Position numbers and translations under genes: made by a program. From Yuukianura sp. NJ FZ-2021 (taxonomy: Eukaryota): a stretch of DNA of 64,000 nucleotides. Positions 38,317 through 49,400 of this stretch are shown piece by piece (within the stretch, counting starts at the first letter, position 1; every line of letters starts with the position of its first letter). The notes beneath the pieces are model-generated. The model was given only the letters and a program-made list of their open reading frames with translations, was not told where the DNA came from and searched no databases. The DNA lies in the NCBI GenBank assembly GCA_046563655.1, contig CM102283.1:1054001-1118000 (forward strand), read 5' to 3'.

Positions 38317-39297
38317 TCACACTCTTTCTTTCTTAATTCTGGGCTCTTCGTGTCTACTTCGACTGGATTCGTCCCTTCTGTCTCTGTCCGATCTGTTTCT
38401 GGAACTGGACGAACGAGAGTAATCGTCCGACCTTCTTCGTGAATTACGCGGACTGTCTGGTTCCACTTTTACTTTGACACGTCTGGGAGAAGGTGATTTT
38501 CTACTTGACCTTTCTGGTTTGCTAGAACGTTTAGGTGACGGTGAATGTCTACTGCGCTTTTCCGTCTTGATGTGTTTCGGAGACGGAGACCTCCTGGAAC
38601 TTTCTGCCTTAATCATTAGTCTTGGAGGTGCTTCTGGAGGTGGATTGGATATCGCAGGGGCTTCGTCGTCACTTTCGTCTTCGACGCCCTTACTTTCTTC
38701 ATGGAGAATCACGTATTCACGGGAGCTGAAACCAAACTTCAGAATGTCTCGTTCCAAGAGTTCGACGTATCGACTTGCTTGAATCTGAGTTCCATTGACA
38801 AAAGTTCCATTGGCACTGTTGAGGTCGATGACATACGGCCTGATGCGCCGGCCTTTGCTACCGTCTGGTCGATCGTAGGGCATGAGACGATACTGTATCA
38901 CGGCGTGCTGCTTCGAACAAGATGGATGATCAACTGGAATGTCAACAACCTTCCGCTCTCTTCCTAAATAGAAGAACAAGGAAAGATGAGTAAACTTATA
39001 CTTATCATTTTTGCTCACTACATTCTTCTCACTGACAATAGGTTTCTCCAAGAGATAGATAGATTTACCTATTAGATATGCACTCTGTCTGTGGATATAC
39101 ATGACGGGCAGTGACTCTTGACCTTTGAACGGGTATAGCCGCCATCTTATCTTCTGGGGTTTCCTCGCTTCCGGTGGCTCACTGTACTTGATGACAACTC
39201 CCTTGTAAGTGTTTGTCTCTTCAGTTAGTTTACCAGACAGTCCAAAGTTCGGTTTCTCCTTCTCTACCTTCTTCTCATTACTCTGTTCCGGTTCCAT
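38317..39297 (-). CDS. SNIP1: Smad nuclear-interacting protein 1 (FHA-domain RES complex subunit); intron 38964-39068
   Basis: KPNFGLSGKL, KYSEPPEARKP, WRLYPFKG, HRQSAYLIGR, DHPSCSKQHAVIQYR, FGFSSREY. Confidence 0.95.
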   Translation of the reverse strand: MEPEQSNEKKVEKEKPNFGLSGKLTEETNTYKGVVIKYSEPPEARKPQKIRWRLYPFKGQESLPVMYIHRQSAYLIGKSIYLLEKPIVSEKNVVSKNDKYKFTHLSLFFYLGRERKVVDIPVDHPSCSKQHAVIQYRLMPYDRPDGSKGRRIRPYVIDLNSANGTFVNGTQIQASRYVELLERDILKFGFSSREYVILHEESKGVEDESDDEAPAISNPPPEAPPRLMIKAESSRRSPSPKHIKTEKRSRHSPSPKRSSKPERSSRKSPSPRRVKVKVEPDSPRNSRRRSDDYSRSSSSRNRSDRDRRDESSRSRHEEPRIKKERV

Positions 39298-39516
39298 TAC
39301 AACTACAACTACAAATTCAAAAACGATAAATGGTTTTATACGAGGAGGCTTCACTACTATTAGAGTTAGATTTGCGATTAAAAATAAGATCTCACCACAA
39401 TTTTTCTAAAAATAAAATTTTTATGATTACAGTTTGATTACTTTGATTTGATTGAGGCAATCCAATTTTTGAAAAGAATTTTCTCAATGCCGTACGGCCT
39501 AACCACCTTCATTGTA

Positions 39517-39750
39517 CAGTAGAGTTTCCCACTTATGCCATTTGCCAAATACAAAACAAAATACAATTGAACTACACTGGGGTTAGACAATTACATGAGT
39601 CTGCGGTCAAATTGTCATTGGCAATTCCTCCATTTGCCATTTGGCGTTTCATTTTGCCACTTCACCGCCAATGTACGGATACGAGTTTTGTAGTTCTCAA
39701 TTGTATTTTGTTTTGTATTTGGCAAATGGCATAAGTGGGAAACTCTACTG
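39517..39750. mobile_element. Tc1/pogo-type MITE, 234 bp, ~54-bp TIRs, TA TSD
   Basis: TA|CAGTAGAGTTTCCCACTTATGCC...GGCATAAGTGGGAAACTCTACTG|TA. Confidence 0.9.
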
Positions 39751-39879
39751 TAGTCACAAATTGTTTGTAGCAACTTCAGCCTTGTTTTGTCGCTACAATA
39801 CGTGGCTGGCTACATCTATCTGGCAACTTATATAGCCACTTTACCTTAACCGAACCTGAATTAAATGGGCAGCATTTGC

Positions 39880-41449
39880 GGCTGAGTTGCAGTTTTGTTC
39901 TGAAGCCTCCGTGGCGGCTGTCGGCTGTCGGCTGTCGGCTGTCGGCTGTCGGCTGTCGGCTGTCGGCTGTCGGCTGTCGGCTGTCGGCGGCGGCTGTCGG
40001 CTGTCGGCTGTCGGCTGGATATATACTTTTTAGGTTAGGTTAGTTAACCTTAGGTTAGTTAACTGGTAAAAGTGCAGAGTAATTGGTAAGTTCCGATTTG
40101 CATGAAAATTTTTTTCTAGACTAATTTGAAGGTGCTGAACACGAATATGACAAAAATTTTCCGCGGAAACCACTTTTTCAAATTTTTTGAAAATTTTGAA
40201 AAAAAAAATTTTTGGCGTCCGATTTGCATGAAATTTATTTCCCAGACTAATTTCGGGTTGCTGAACTCGAATCTGGAATCAAATTGAGGCTGACTCCTCA
40301 AATAACGAAATGACTTTCAATTTCCCGCGCCGAAGGCGCGGTGTTAGGTTTGGTTAAGTTGACAATAGTGATTCCATTGGTAGGTTTAGTCTAGGTTACT
40401 GAGTTTATAATACTTTTTACGCATATCGGAGACGAAAAGCCATTCAAAAAATTTTTTAAAAATTTTCAAAAACTTAGAAAAAGATGTTGGTAAAAATTTT
40501 TTATCATATTCGTGTTCAGCACCTTCAAATTAGTCTAGAAAAAATTTTCATGCAAATCGGAACTTACCAATTACTCTGCACTTTTACCAGTTAACTAACC
40601 TAAGGTTAACTAACCTAACCTAAAAAGTATATACCCAGCCGACAGCCGACAGCCGCCGCCGACAGCCGACAGCCGACAGCCGACAGCCGACAGCCGCCGC
40701 CGACAGCCGACAGCCGACAGCCGACAGCCGACAGCCGACAGCCGACAGCCGACAGCCGACAGCCGACAGCCGCCGCCGACAGCCGACAGCCGACAGCCGA
40801 CCGCCGACAGCCGCCATTTCAAAAAAATTTCAAAATTTCAAAAAAATTTCAAAATTTCAAAAAAATTTCAAAATTTCAAGAAAAATTTCAAAATTTCAAA
40901 ATTCTTTCAAAATTTCAAAATTCTTTCAAAATTTTCAAAATTTCAAAATTCTTTCAAAATTTCAAAATTCTTTCAAAATTTCAAAATTTTCAAAATTTAG
41001 CCACCAGCCGACAGCCGACAGCCGCCGCCGACAGCCGACAGCCGACAGCCGACAGCCGACAGCCGACAGCCGACAGCCGCCGCCGACAGCCGACAGCCGA
41101 CAGCCGACAGCCGACAGCCGACAGCCGACAGCCGCCATTTCAAAAAAATTTCAAAACAATTTCAAAATTTCAAAAAAATTTCAAAATTTCAAAAAAATTT
41201 CAAAATTTCAAAAAAATTTCAAAATTTCAAAAAAAATTCAAAATTTCAAAAAAAATTCAAAATTTCAAAAAAAAATTCAAAATTTCAAAATTCTTTCAAA
41301 ATTTCAAAATTCTTTCAAAATTTCAAAATTTTGAAAATTTAGCCACCAGCCGACAGCCGACAGCCGCCGCCGACAGCCGACAGCCGACAGCCGACAGCCG
41401 ACAGCCGACAGCCACCACGGAGGCTTCAGAACAAAACTGCAACTCAGCC
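39880..41449. mobile_element. Foldback-like non-autonomous DNA transposon with GG...CC ends and 8-bp TSD GCATTTGC
   Basis: TSD at 39872-39879 and 41450-41457; outer TIR GGCTGAGTTGCAGTTTTGTTCTGAAGCCTCCGTGG; (CGGCTGT)n / (ACAGCCG)n arrays; inner IR ~40015-40158 / ~40495-40640. Confidence 0.88.
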
Positions 41450-41995
41450 GCATTTGCTGTTACGCAAAACATAAGCCACCCAGTCGTAAAGTGGGTATTG
41501 GGTACACTATCAGGTTACAATGATGGTCGGGAGAAATAACGCCAACCGAGAATTTACATAAAGTTAGAATTTTAAAAGTAAAATTTGCGCCAACTTTTTT
41601 CTCAATCAGTCACATGCGTATCAATAATAAAAACATAACAAAAACAAACATAAACACAAGGTTAAATTGGTTAACGGAGGGGTTAAAAAGTATTCCCTCT
41701 CATTTAGAATTGAATTAGTTAATTATTAATCGTATTAGTCGACTTGCTTTGACGCTTGTGGACCATCACTTTGAAGTTCTCACCAACAACAGTTAAGGGT
41801 CCAAGAAACGCAGAACAGACATTTTGACAGCAGGTAACAATTTAGGTAGTACAAGTCACATGAATCAGCTGAGCGATGAATCATCATCTATTTGATAAAA
41901 ACGAAAAGTATTCTGATAATCTGGTGTATAACCTAATATTCTATTTACCTTGGTGTAAACTAAATTTTAGTTTGTAATTCCACAGTTTCCAGAAC

Positions 41996-42827
41996 ATGAA
42001 TCAAAACCAAGGACGAGGACGAAGGAATCGTGGTGGTGTTGACTCTCCTTTGGGCGCCATGATTGCTTCATCGTCAACGTCTGCACAAGATGCAAGATAT
42101 TCGAGAAATCGAAATGCAGTTGCTGGTGCTACCACGGCCGGCGCCACCCGAGTGGTCATTACGCAGAAAATGGAGGATGAGATGCTGGCGCTGAACTCGG
42201 AGTATCTGAGAACTCAGGACATAGCATTTCGATGCATTATCGAGAAGGCCTCTCAAGCAGCAATTTATTCGTATAACGTCGCAGACGGGGAAGGATGGGT
42301 AGGTCACAAACAGAACTTCATTTAGGCCGTGCTAACTAATCGTAGAAATGATAGTTTAAGTATTTTTTCTAATCAGGCGATTTTGATTATTTTTGGTTTT
42401 GCAGAGTGATGCCAAGGCTGCGGGATGCCTCATGCTGTATGAAAGGTATGACGAATCCTGATTTTCGGTTTTTAAGAGGAGATGAAGGGGATTAAAAATT
42501 GTGAAATATTTTTCAGAAATGTGCCACCAAGACTTGGTTTCATAATCCTAAATCGACTGGCGGTTCCTAATTGGAAGCACTTTTTTACCCCTTCCCAAGT
42601 TGAAATGCAAATTCAAGGGAAGTATCTTCTTTTAAGAATGGATCCGGTAAATTACTATTTTTGTTGCACCTCTACTGTATTTATTAATATACGACAATGA
42701 ACTAACGTATGAAATTATGTGAATTCTAGATATTTTTTGCCTATGGTTCTATGAGGACAAAGACCCAGAGAAGTTTGGTCAAATCATGAGAGAAGTTGGA
42801 TGCAGAGTGGCCGAAGATATTGATTGA
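41996..42827 (+). CDS. DCP1: Divergent Dcp1-like protein (EVH1 domain only); exons 41996-42298, 42405-42445, 42517-42646, 42730-42827; last junction out of phase
   Basis: ASQAAIYSY, G.LMLYER, GFIILNRL, YLLLR, CLWFYE resemble the Dcp1 EVH1 motifs; upstream non-coding exon likely (donor ~41834, acceptor ~41986). Confidence 0.7.
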
Positions 42828-45800
42828 CGAAGGCTTGAGTAATGAAAAGAAGAAATGCCTTTTCAAGTGAGAGTGACATTCTTGTTATTAATTAATATTT
42901 TTTATTTCCTTCTCAAAAAAATTATGTAGTAAAACATTTTTTTTTTCATTTAGAAATCGTTATCGCCGTGCCTCTCTTCCTCTCACGCAACAAGTCGAAA
43001 ACCTCTCATTCATAACACTTTTGAAGCTGCAGTTGACGTATGCAGGAAGTGCAACGACTGACTGCAATGTCTTCGAAGATACGTCCGTCCCCAATGACAT
43101 CTTGACGTTAATCAAGTATCTAATTATTCAATTCAATTAACCTTAAATAGTCATAGTAACCCATTATAACTTTCCCGTCTTGATCTCAGAGAACACACAA
43201 TCATGTCATAGGCCAATTTCACCTCTCCTGCCAAGCTTATCAAAAATCTTGTTTGGAGTGTAGCAGCAGAAGTGAAAGTGGAATAGACTGAAAGTGGAAC
43301 GGAGAGATTAAGTGTTTGTTGTTGAAAATGTTGTTGCCATGGTTACTTTATAGGGTGTTTAAGAATGTATGAACGGAACAGGGAAAGGTTCTTGGCCCAA
43401 TAACCAACAGCATTGGAATTCCTTCACTTTCAATCTTTATGCTTCGCTTGTACTGACACTTCGATCTGTTCAATCGGTTTCCCGGAGTGCAGTTCCTTTC
43501 CCCTTCCTTGTTCCTTGCCATTTCAAAACATATTTTCTGTTACCAAGCGAGTCCCATACTTTCTTGCGCTCTAAATCAAAAGGTTTTTTTAAACAATTAT
43601 TCGTTGAGTTAGATTATGTTAAGTTTTGAAAAATGGAGACTATTATGTTATAATGGAACACTAAAAAAATTATTTTGTTAGGTTAAAGAAAGTTAGCATC
43701 AGTTTTTGTGCCGTGTGTACAATTTTACAGAATTTGTCTATGTGACAATTTCAAAAGTCTATTTTAAAATTTTTAATTTATTAAAACGTGAAAGTGTTTC
43801 TGTATTTTTCCTTTCGAAGAAATCGTGAGCGACTTTGTGAACAAATTGTGAACGCCGGTAGACAATTCGCTTTTCTCCAGCGGCAAAAAAAGTGCTTTTG
43901 TTGTTAAAATTCTCCAACCCGAGGTTAGGTTTATTCCTAATTTAATTATTATACAACACAATTATTATTTTAGCTATGTAGAAATGTATTCTAAGAAATA
44001 TAAAACTCCGTTTTTGAATTCATTTTTATGAAAGCGGCGATTGTGAAACACTTTCTTTAAAAGGCTTCATACGCCTAAGGGGATAATTCGTAGGCAGGAT
44101 GAGTAATCATACCCTATGTTTATGGAAATGTCAAAAATGGACTTGTTGCGTCGTTCTTAATCGTAAATGGCCTTCAGCGTTCAAAAACACAATGGACCAA
44201 TTATGTAACCAATCAGAGGTTAAGCTCCAAATGATCCAACCAATCACGCTCATAGAGGTTACAGCCCTTATAGGCTTTGTTTTTAATTTGACCTCATCTT
44301 GAGATGTCACGAAACAAGTAGAATAGTTGTAGTTATTCTGTTTTCTTTTTTTCCCAAAATTTTTCTGAGTTGAGTTGCTTTTTGTATATTCGTGTATTTA
44401 AAAATGTTGAATTTCATTTTTTCTTGCAAGTGGTTCATAGTGTAAGTTGTGCTTTTAAATTCAGTTCACATTCGTCCTATGTCCAAATTTGGACATGTTG
44501 TTTGACTTTCAGAAATCTTTTGTTCTCCCTTCCTTCTAAGGCCAACGAAGACTTCGAAGGGACACGTAGTGGGCAAGAACAAAAAGTTATTAGGAAGAGA
44601 TGCAAAAGATGCAGTTCTATTTTGAGCGATGTCATAATCTCTCCCCCGTGTCACCCTACTTATTGTTAGGCTAACCTAACCTAAAGTCGATTTTTGCCAA
44701 CGTATAACTCATCTTGTCCTCGGATTCACTTGCCATTATTTGCAAAGTTGTGCATGGCATGCGCAATTTTGAGTCACTTAGGACACTGGCGCTAATCCAA
44801 TGAAATCAGCTCCAATGCCACTCTCCATCAAAGTATTTCACATTTTTTAATTTAACCAATTTTTTGCCAACTTTGATTTTATTGACCTTGGACACGGAGT
44901 CTGGTCCAGAACTTGATCATGCACCGCGGCGTCTTTCGAATACAAAGAGATTTTTTTTATTTAGGAGTTTGACAGTAAAAGAAAAAGAAAACATGTTACA
45001 TAAACTTGATTTTTTTTTAATTTTCAAAACAAAAGACCAATTTTTTATGAAAAACTTTAAAAGAAAACCAATTCAGAATTTGTGTTTGCATAATTTTCAT
45101 GGTACAACGAAATTTAATTTTTTTTCTTCTGTCAAAGCCGTTTTCAATTTCGAGTTTTTTTTTAAACTAGAAAACTGGAACGGAAGCGTTTTCCGGAAAA
45201 GTAGCGTTAGGTAAATTTTTCGTACACTGGAAATAGTGTGTAACGTTTGTCATATTACGTAATATTTTTTCATGGTTCATATGAAACTACACAAAAATGA
45301 GTAATGTTAGGGTGATTGGTGGGTCATTGTTCATATTTGATCTGTAGATTTCATGTTTAGTGCATAACACCACACAATTGTTAGGTTTTGCGTGGGAGAC
45401 TACTTCCTTCCTAGGAATTCCTTCCAAGGCAAACATCATGACTTCACTTTTTATTGTCTTGGTGGGGTTTACCACCTCCGCCCAAAATTTCAGCTGAACA
45501 CTCGAAATGGTCAGAGGTCAACTACACTTTGGGTGAATTTGACCTCTGACCTCTGCACAAACGTCAAACCTAACCTACACAGTTTCAAATGTCAAAAATC
45601 CCGGTTTTCCAACTTGAATTCCTCAAAAACGCGGCAAGTTTTTGCACATTTGCAGTCAAGAATGTCGCTTAATGTGTTTTTGCAGAAAAGAAAGTAAATG
45701 TTTATTAATTTTTTGTGTATTTTTCAGAATTCAGAGGTCAAGAGATGTTGGACGATGTTAATGAGTGATGCGTGACCTTTGACCTGGGATGTGCAGAGGA

Positions 45801-46403
45801 CATTTGGGCATGCCCAGTTTCGCCAATTATTGTCTAGACTAATCCTCATCATAAATGGCGCTAAAGAAATTAAAGCTGTGATCAGAACTCTTGCGTTTGA
45901 CGTTATAAATTTAAGGTGAGGTGGCATAATAATGTGAAATTTTTGGCTGAAGGCGTGAAGCATACAATGGGAGTCACATATTCACACTAGCAAAGTGCTG
46001 CAAGTAGAATGGAAGCACTAGTGGAGGTCACCCAACACACAGTTTCAACCTCCTTCAAAAGTTTTTTAGTCTTTTTGGCATGGAGTGGCTCACCCAAGCC
46101 TTACAACTGTCAGTCCTACAACAGACTTTCCAAAAAACACACACGCGCATATTTTAGTCAACTAGAAAAAAAATTAGAATTGTTACGGTTTTTATTAGTC
46201 TTAGAAAGTGGTGTGGGCAAATCGACTATTTTGTGAAAGTAATCGATTTTTTACAAGTGATTTTCCAGAAGTAGCCGGTTTATTTTGAAAAAAATTAACC
46301 TGTTGGCTTCCACAACTTTTTAACTTGAGCTTCCATTTGAATCAATTGTGTTTTTTGAGTGAATTTTTTGAAATTTTGAAATTTTTATTTTGAAAAAGTG
46401 GAG

Positions 46404-49400
46404 ATGGTGATCAAAGAGGAGAAAGCAGCAGGGAAGGTGAAATCCAAGAAACCGCAGAAGAAAAACGACGATGAAGTTTGCGTCTGTGAGCTCTGCACTT
46501 GCGGGTAAGGAAAAAATTTTTTTGAAAAGTTCTTTATGTTTTGTCTTTTGCGAAAATATTTCGAAATTAAGAAACGTTTAAGCGGTTTAAGTTGTTCAAT
46601 TTCGGATGTAAATTGGTTAAAAAGAACTAAACATTGAAAGTTTTCTTTTGAATTTTTAACCTTGAAAAAACATATTGCAGCTCACATTTGATTAGCTAAT
46701 TGTGAGAGTTAAATGCAATCATTGTTAAGTATTTAAGTGCCGATAAGTAACAATTGTGCTCAAGTGTTTTGTGTTTAGCTTTGTTTGTTTATGACTTATG
46801 CCAAGAATTCATCTGTTCGTGTTTACATTGATGACAACTGCACGAAAACACGGTTTTTGCGTCCTGCACAGTTGACATACGAAACAATTTCATATTTCAT
46901 ATTCATAAAAAATTTGTGTATAATTTTTTTATTAATTTTTATATAGTAATGTTATGTGTTTTACTTTGTATTTTTCAAGTTAGTATACCTGTAACCCAAA
47001 ACACAACACTGATGAAATCACGTTGCGGACCGTAAACAATTTGTTTCAATTCCAAATTTGAAATTTTTAAAATTTCAAACGAGGAATACTTTTTATTTTC
47101 TCATTTCCTGAGAATTGAAATCCAACCTGTTTTTTAGTTTAAAAAATGTTTTTAAAAAAACACGACTTTTTCTCATGTTTCTGAAGAAATGATAGTAATG
47201 CTCGTTCGTGTTTGTAATGAATCTCATCATTAGAGGCTCTTATAATTTCACATATCTAATTACACGCGTCAGAAAATTTTATGAAAAGGAAAAACTCGTT
47301 TTGAAGTATCGTTAATCGTCGTAATCCTTGCTCCAAATTTGGATTTTTTTTTAAACTTTGAAGCATTTTTGAAAAACCTACCTGACGTAACGCTATCATT
47401 GTTAATTTTCACTTTGTAAATTAACTTTAAGTAGTTTTTTTTTCTTTTAACTCTAATATTTCCTGCTTCAGCTTCTTTTGTTGAAACGCTGCAAATCTTG
47501 GCATTTATCATAAAACAGCTTTAGTTTTTTGAAAATTGACCAAAATGTTGTTCATTTGCATGGGAAATGCCGATGCATTTCCTCTCCTATTTTGATGAGG
47601 TAATGCATATTTTGTGGGTCTTGACAAGGTCTTTTTGTTCGTGTCAAGAAATGTAAATGGGAAAGCTAAGGCTTAGACATGAAAATGATGATCTCATGGT
47701 GATCTCAACATTTAAGAAAACGATAAGTGGGTGGCCATTACAACTCATTCCAACATTTGGCATAAGTTATGCATAAGCAACGAAAACGCGTCTTTCAAAA
47801 AAATCATAAAAAACATATAATTGCACGTTTTATAAAAATTTAATTTTAAATATTATAAAAAATTCTGAGTTTAGCAAAAACCAGAACAAAATATAACCTG
47901 TTTATTCCTTCCATTTCATGAAATGATGTCACTGGGACTGGATCCCACAATTACTTTAATTGCATATCACCGAATTGTATGCTTCAGTGTCTTAAATAAG
48001 TAGCCTACCCTAACTTAATAAATATCATAACCTAACCAACCTTATTTCACTTAACTAGGCTAACCTAATGTAAAAAAATTATTGTATTGTTTTAACCTAA
48101 TCTAGCAATTAATCTGACCAACTCCTGGAACTCGTTTTTTGGATGGAGATTTTACGCAGTAATGTCTGTGATGTAATTATGAGTTTACTATTGTCCTTGG
48201 ACATAAAAGTGAGATGTAACTTCCGGTGGGTGAGGAAGGTGGGGCCTGTGACCTCGTGACCACCAGAAGCGAGGTCACTTCAGAGTGCAACAAGTATGAA
48301 CATCATTTTCCATTCTGTTTTGTATTGCTATTTGTCATTTCTGATGAGAGGCTCATCTTCCTTTCCCGCCCATCCGACATGCATCACGACTCTCTCGACT
48401 TGGTTTATTCAAAACAGCGACCTCAAAAATGTCTTAACTAATTTTCGCAATTCCTAATCAAAATTTTGAATTATTGCCGCCTTGAAATTTTCACACGTAC
48501 ATGTTCTCGGCCTGCCCAAGAAAGAAACTACGCTAATTTTGCACAGGGACAGACATGTTAGGCGAGAGGGTGTGAAAAATGTTAGCAAGATTGTTGTTTA
48601 TTTAAGCAAACAAACACATCAACACAGGTTTTCGCCAAAAGAAAATTATTTGCAATTTTTTTTTTCAAAAAAAAAATTTCAAAAATTTTGGCACAATGTG
48701 AAAACAATAAATAAATGTCATTTTCTGGTTTTACACTTTTAAACGTTGTGCCTTCGCTAAAAATAATTTTTTATACTGATGTTTTCCTGTTCCTAAACGA
48801 CGCTTTTGAAGGTCAATGACCCGAGGTCAATGAATTATATAATGTTGTTTATTTGCACCGAATAATTTTTGAAATTTTTCAAAATAATCTCTTTTTTGAA
48901 AAAATTTTGCTGCACGTCAGCCGGTCATTGGTTTCAAAAATTTGAGCACAGTTGTAGACATTGGGTTTGAAATAGTTTGTGATTTGATTTGAAAATGGCG
49001 TGTTTTAGTGAGGTTTTTGAACTCATTGAGTTCACAGTTCATTGTTTTGATGAAAAAATCAATAGAATTGTAGATGATGAAGGGTTTTTGAAAGGAAAGT
49101 GAAGCAAAGTGTTTAATTTTCTTTTCTTTTGGTTATCCAGTGGCCATCGCTGCCCACACAACGACTACAGAGGCCATGACCATATTGGGACACAACTTAC
49201 ATCCTCCGCCTCGTCCCACTTCCAAACGTCTTCCTCAGAAAGCCAAGCTCAGTACCAAGCATATTCCTCAGAAGTATGCCTAAATGATATAATATAATAT
49301 ATTAATGTAAATATATTAATTCGTCATTCTAATTTATGGCTCCCCTTTGTACAGGTGGAGAGACAAAGAATGAAGCGACCGGTGACGGCCCTGCGGCTTG

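Noticed and set aside
40028-40060. TTAGG telomeric repeat
   Set aside because: Only 2-3 units, and they are part of the transposon's inner inverted repeat
40610-40822. ORFs with RLSAVGC repeats
   Set aside because: Translation of the 7-bp tandem repeat inside the foldback element
43369-46236. Scattered 60-116-aa ORFs upstream of the giant gene
   Set aside because: AT-rich, no domains and no consistent splice pattern; probably intergenic, UTR or intronic sequence
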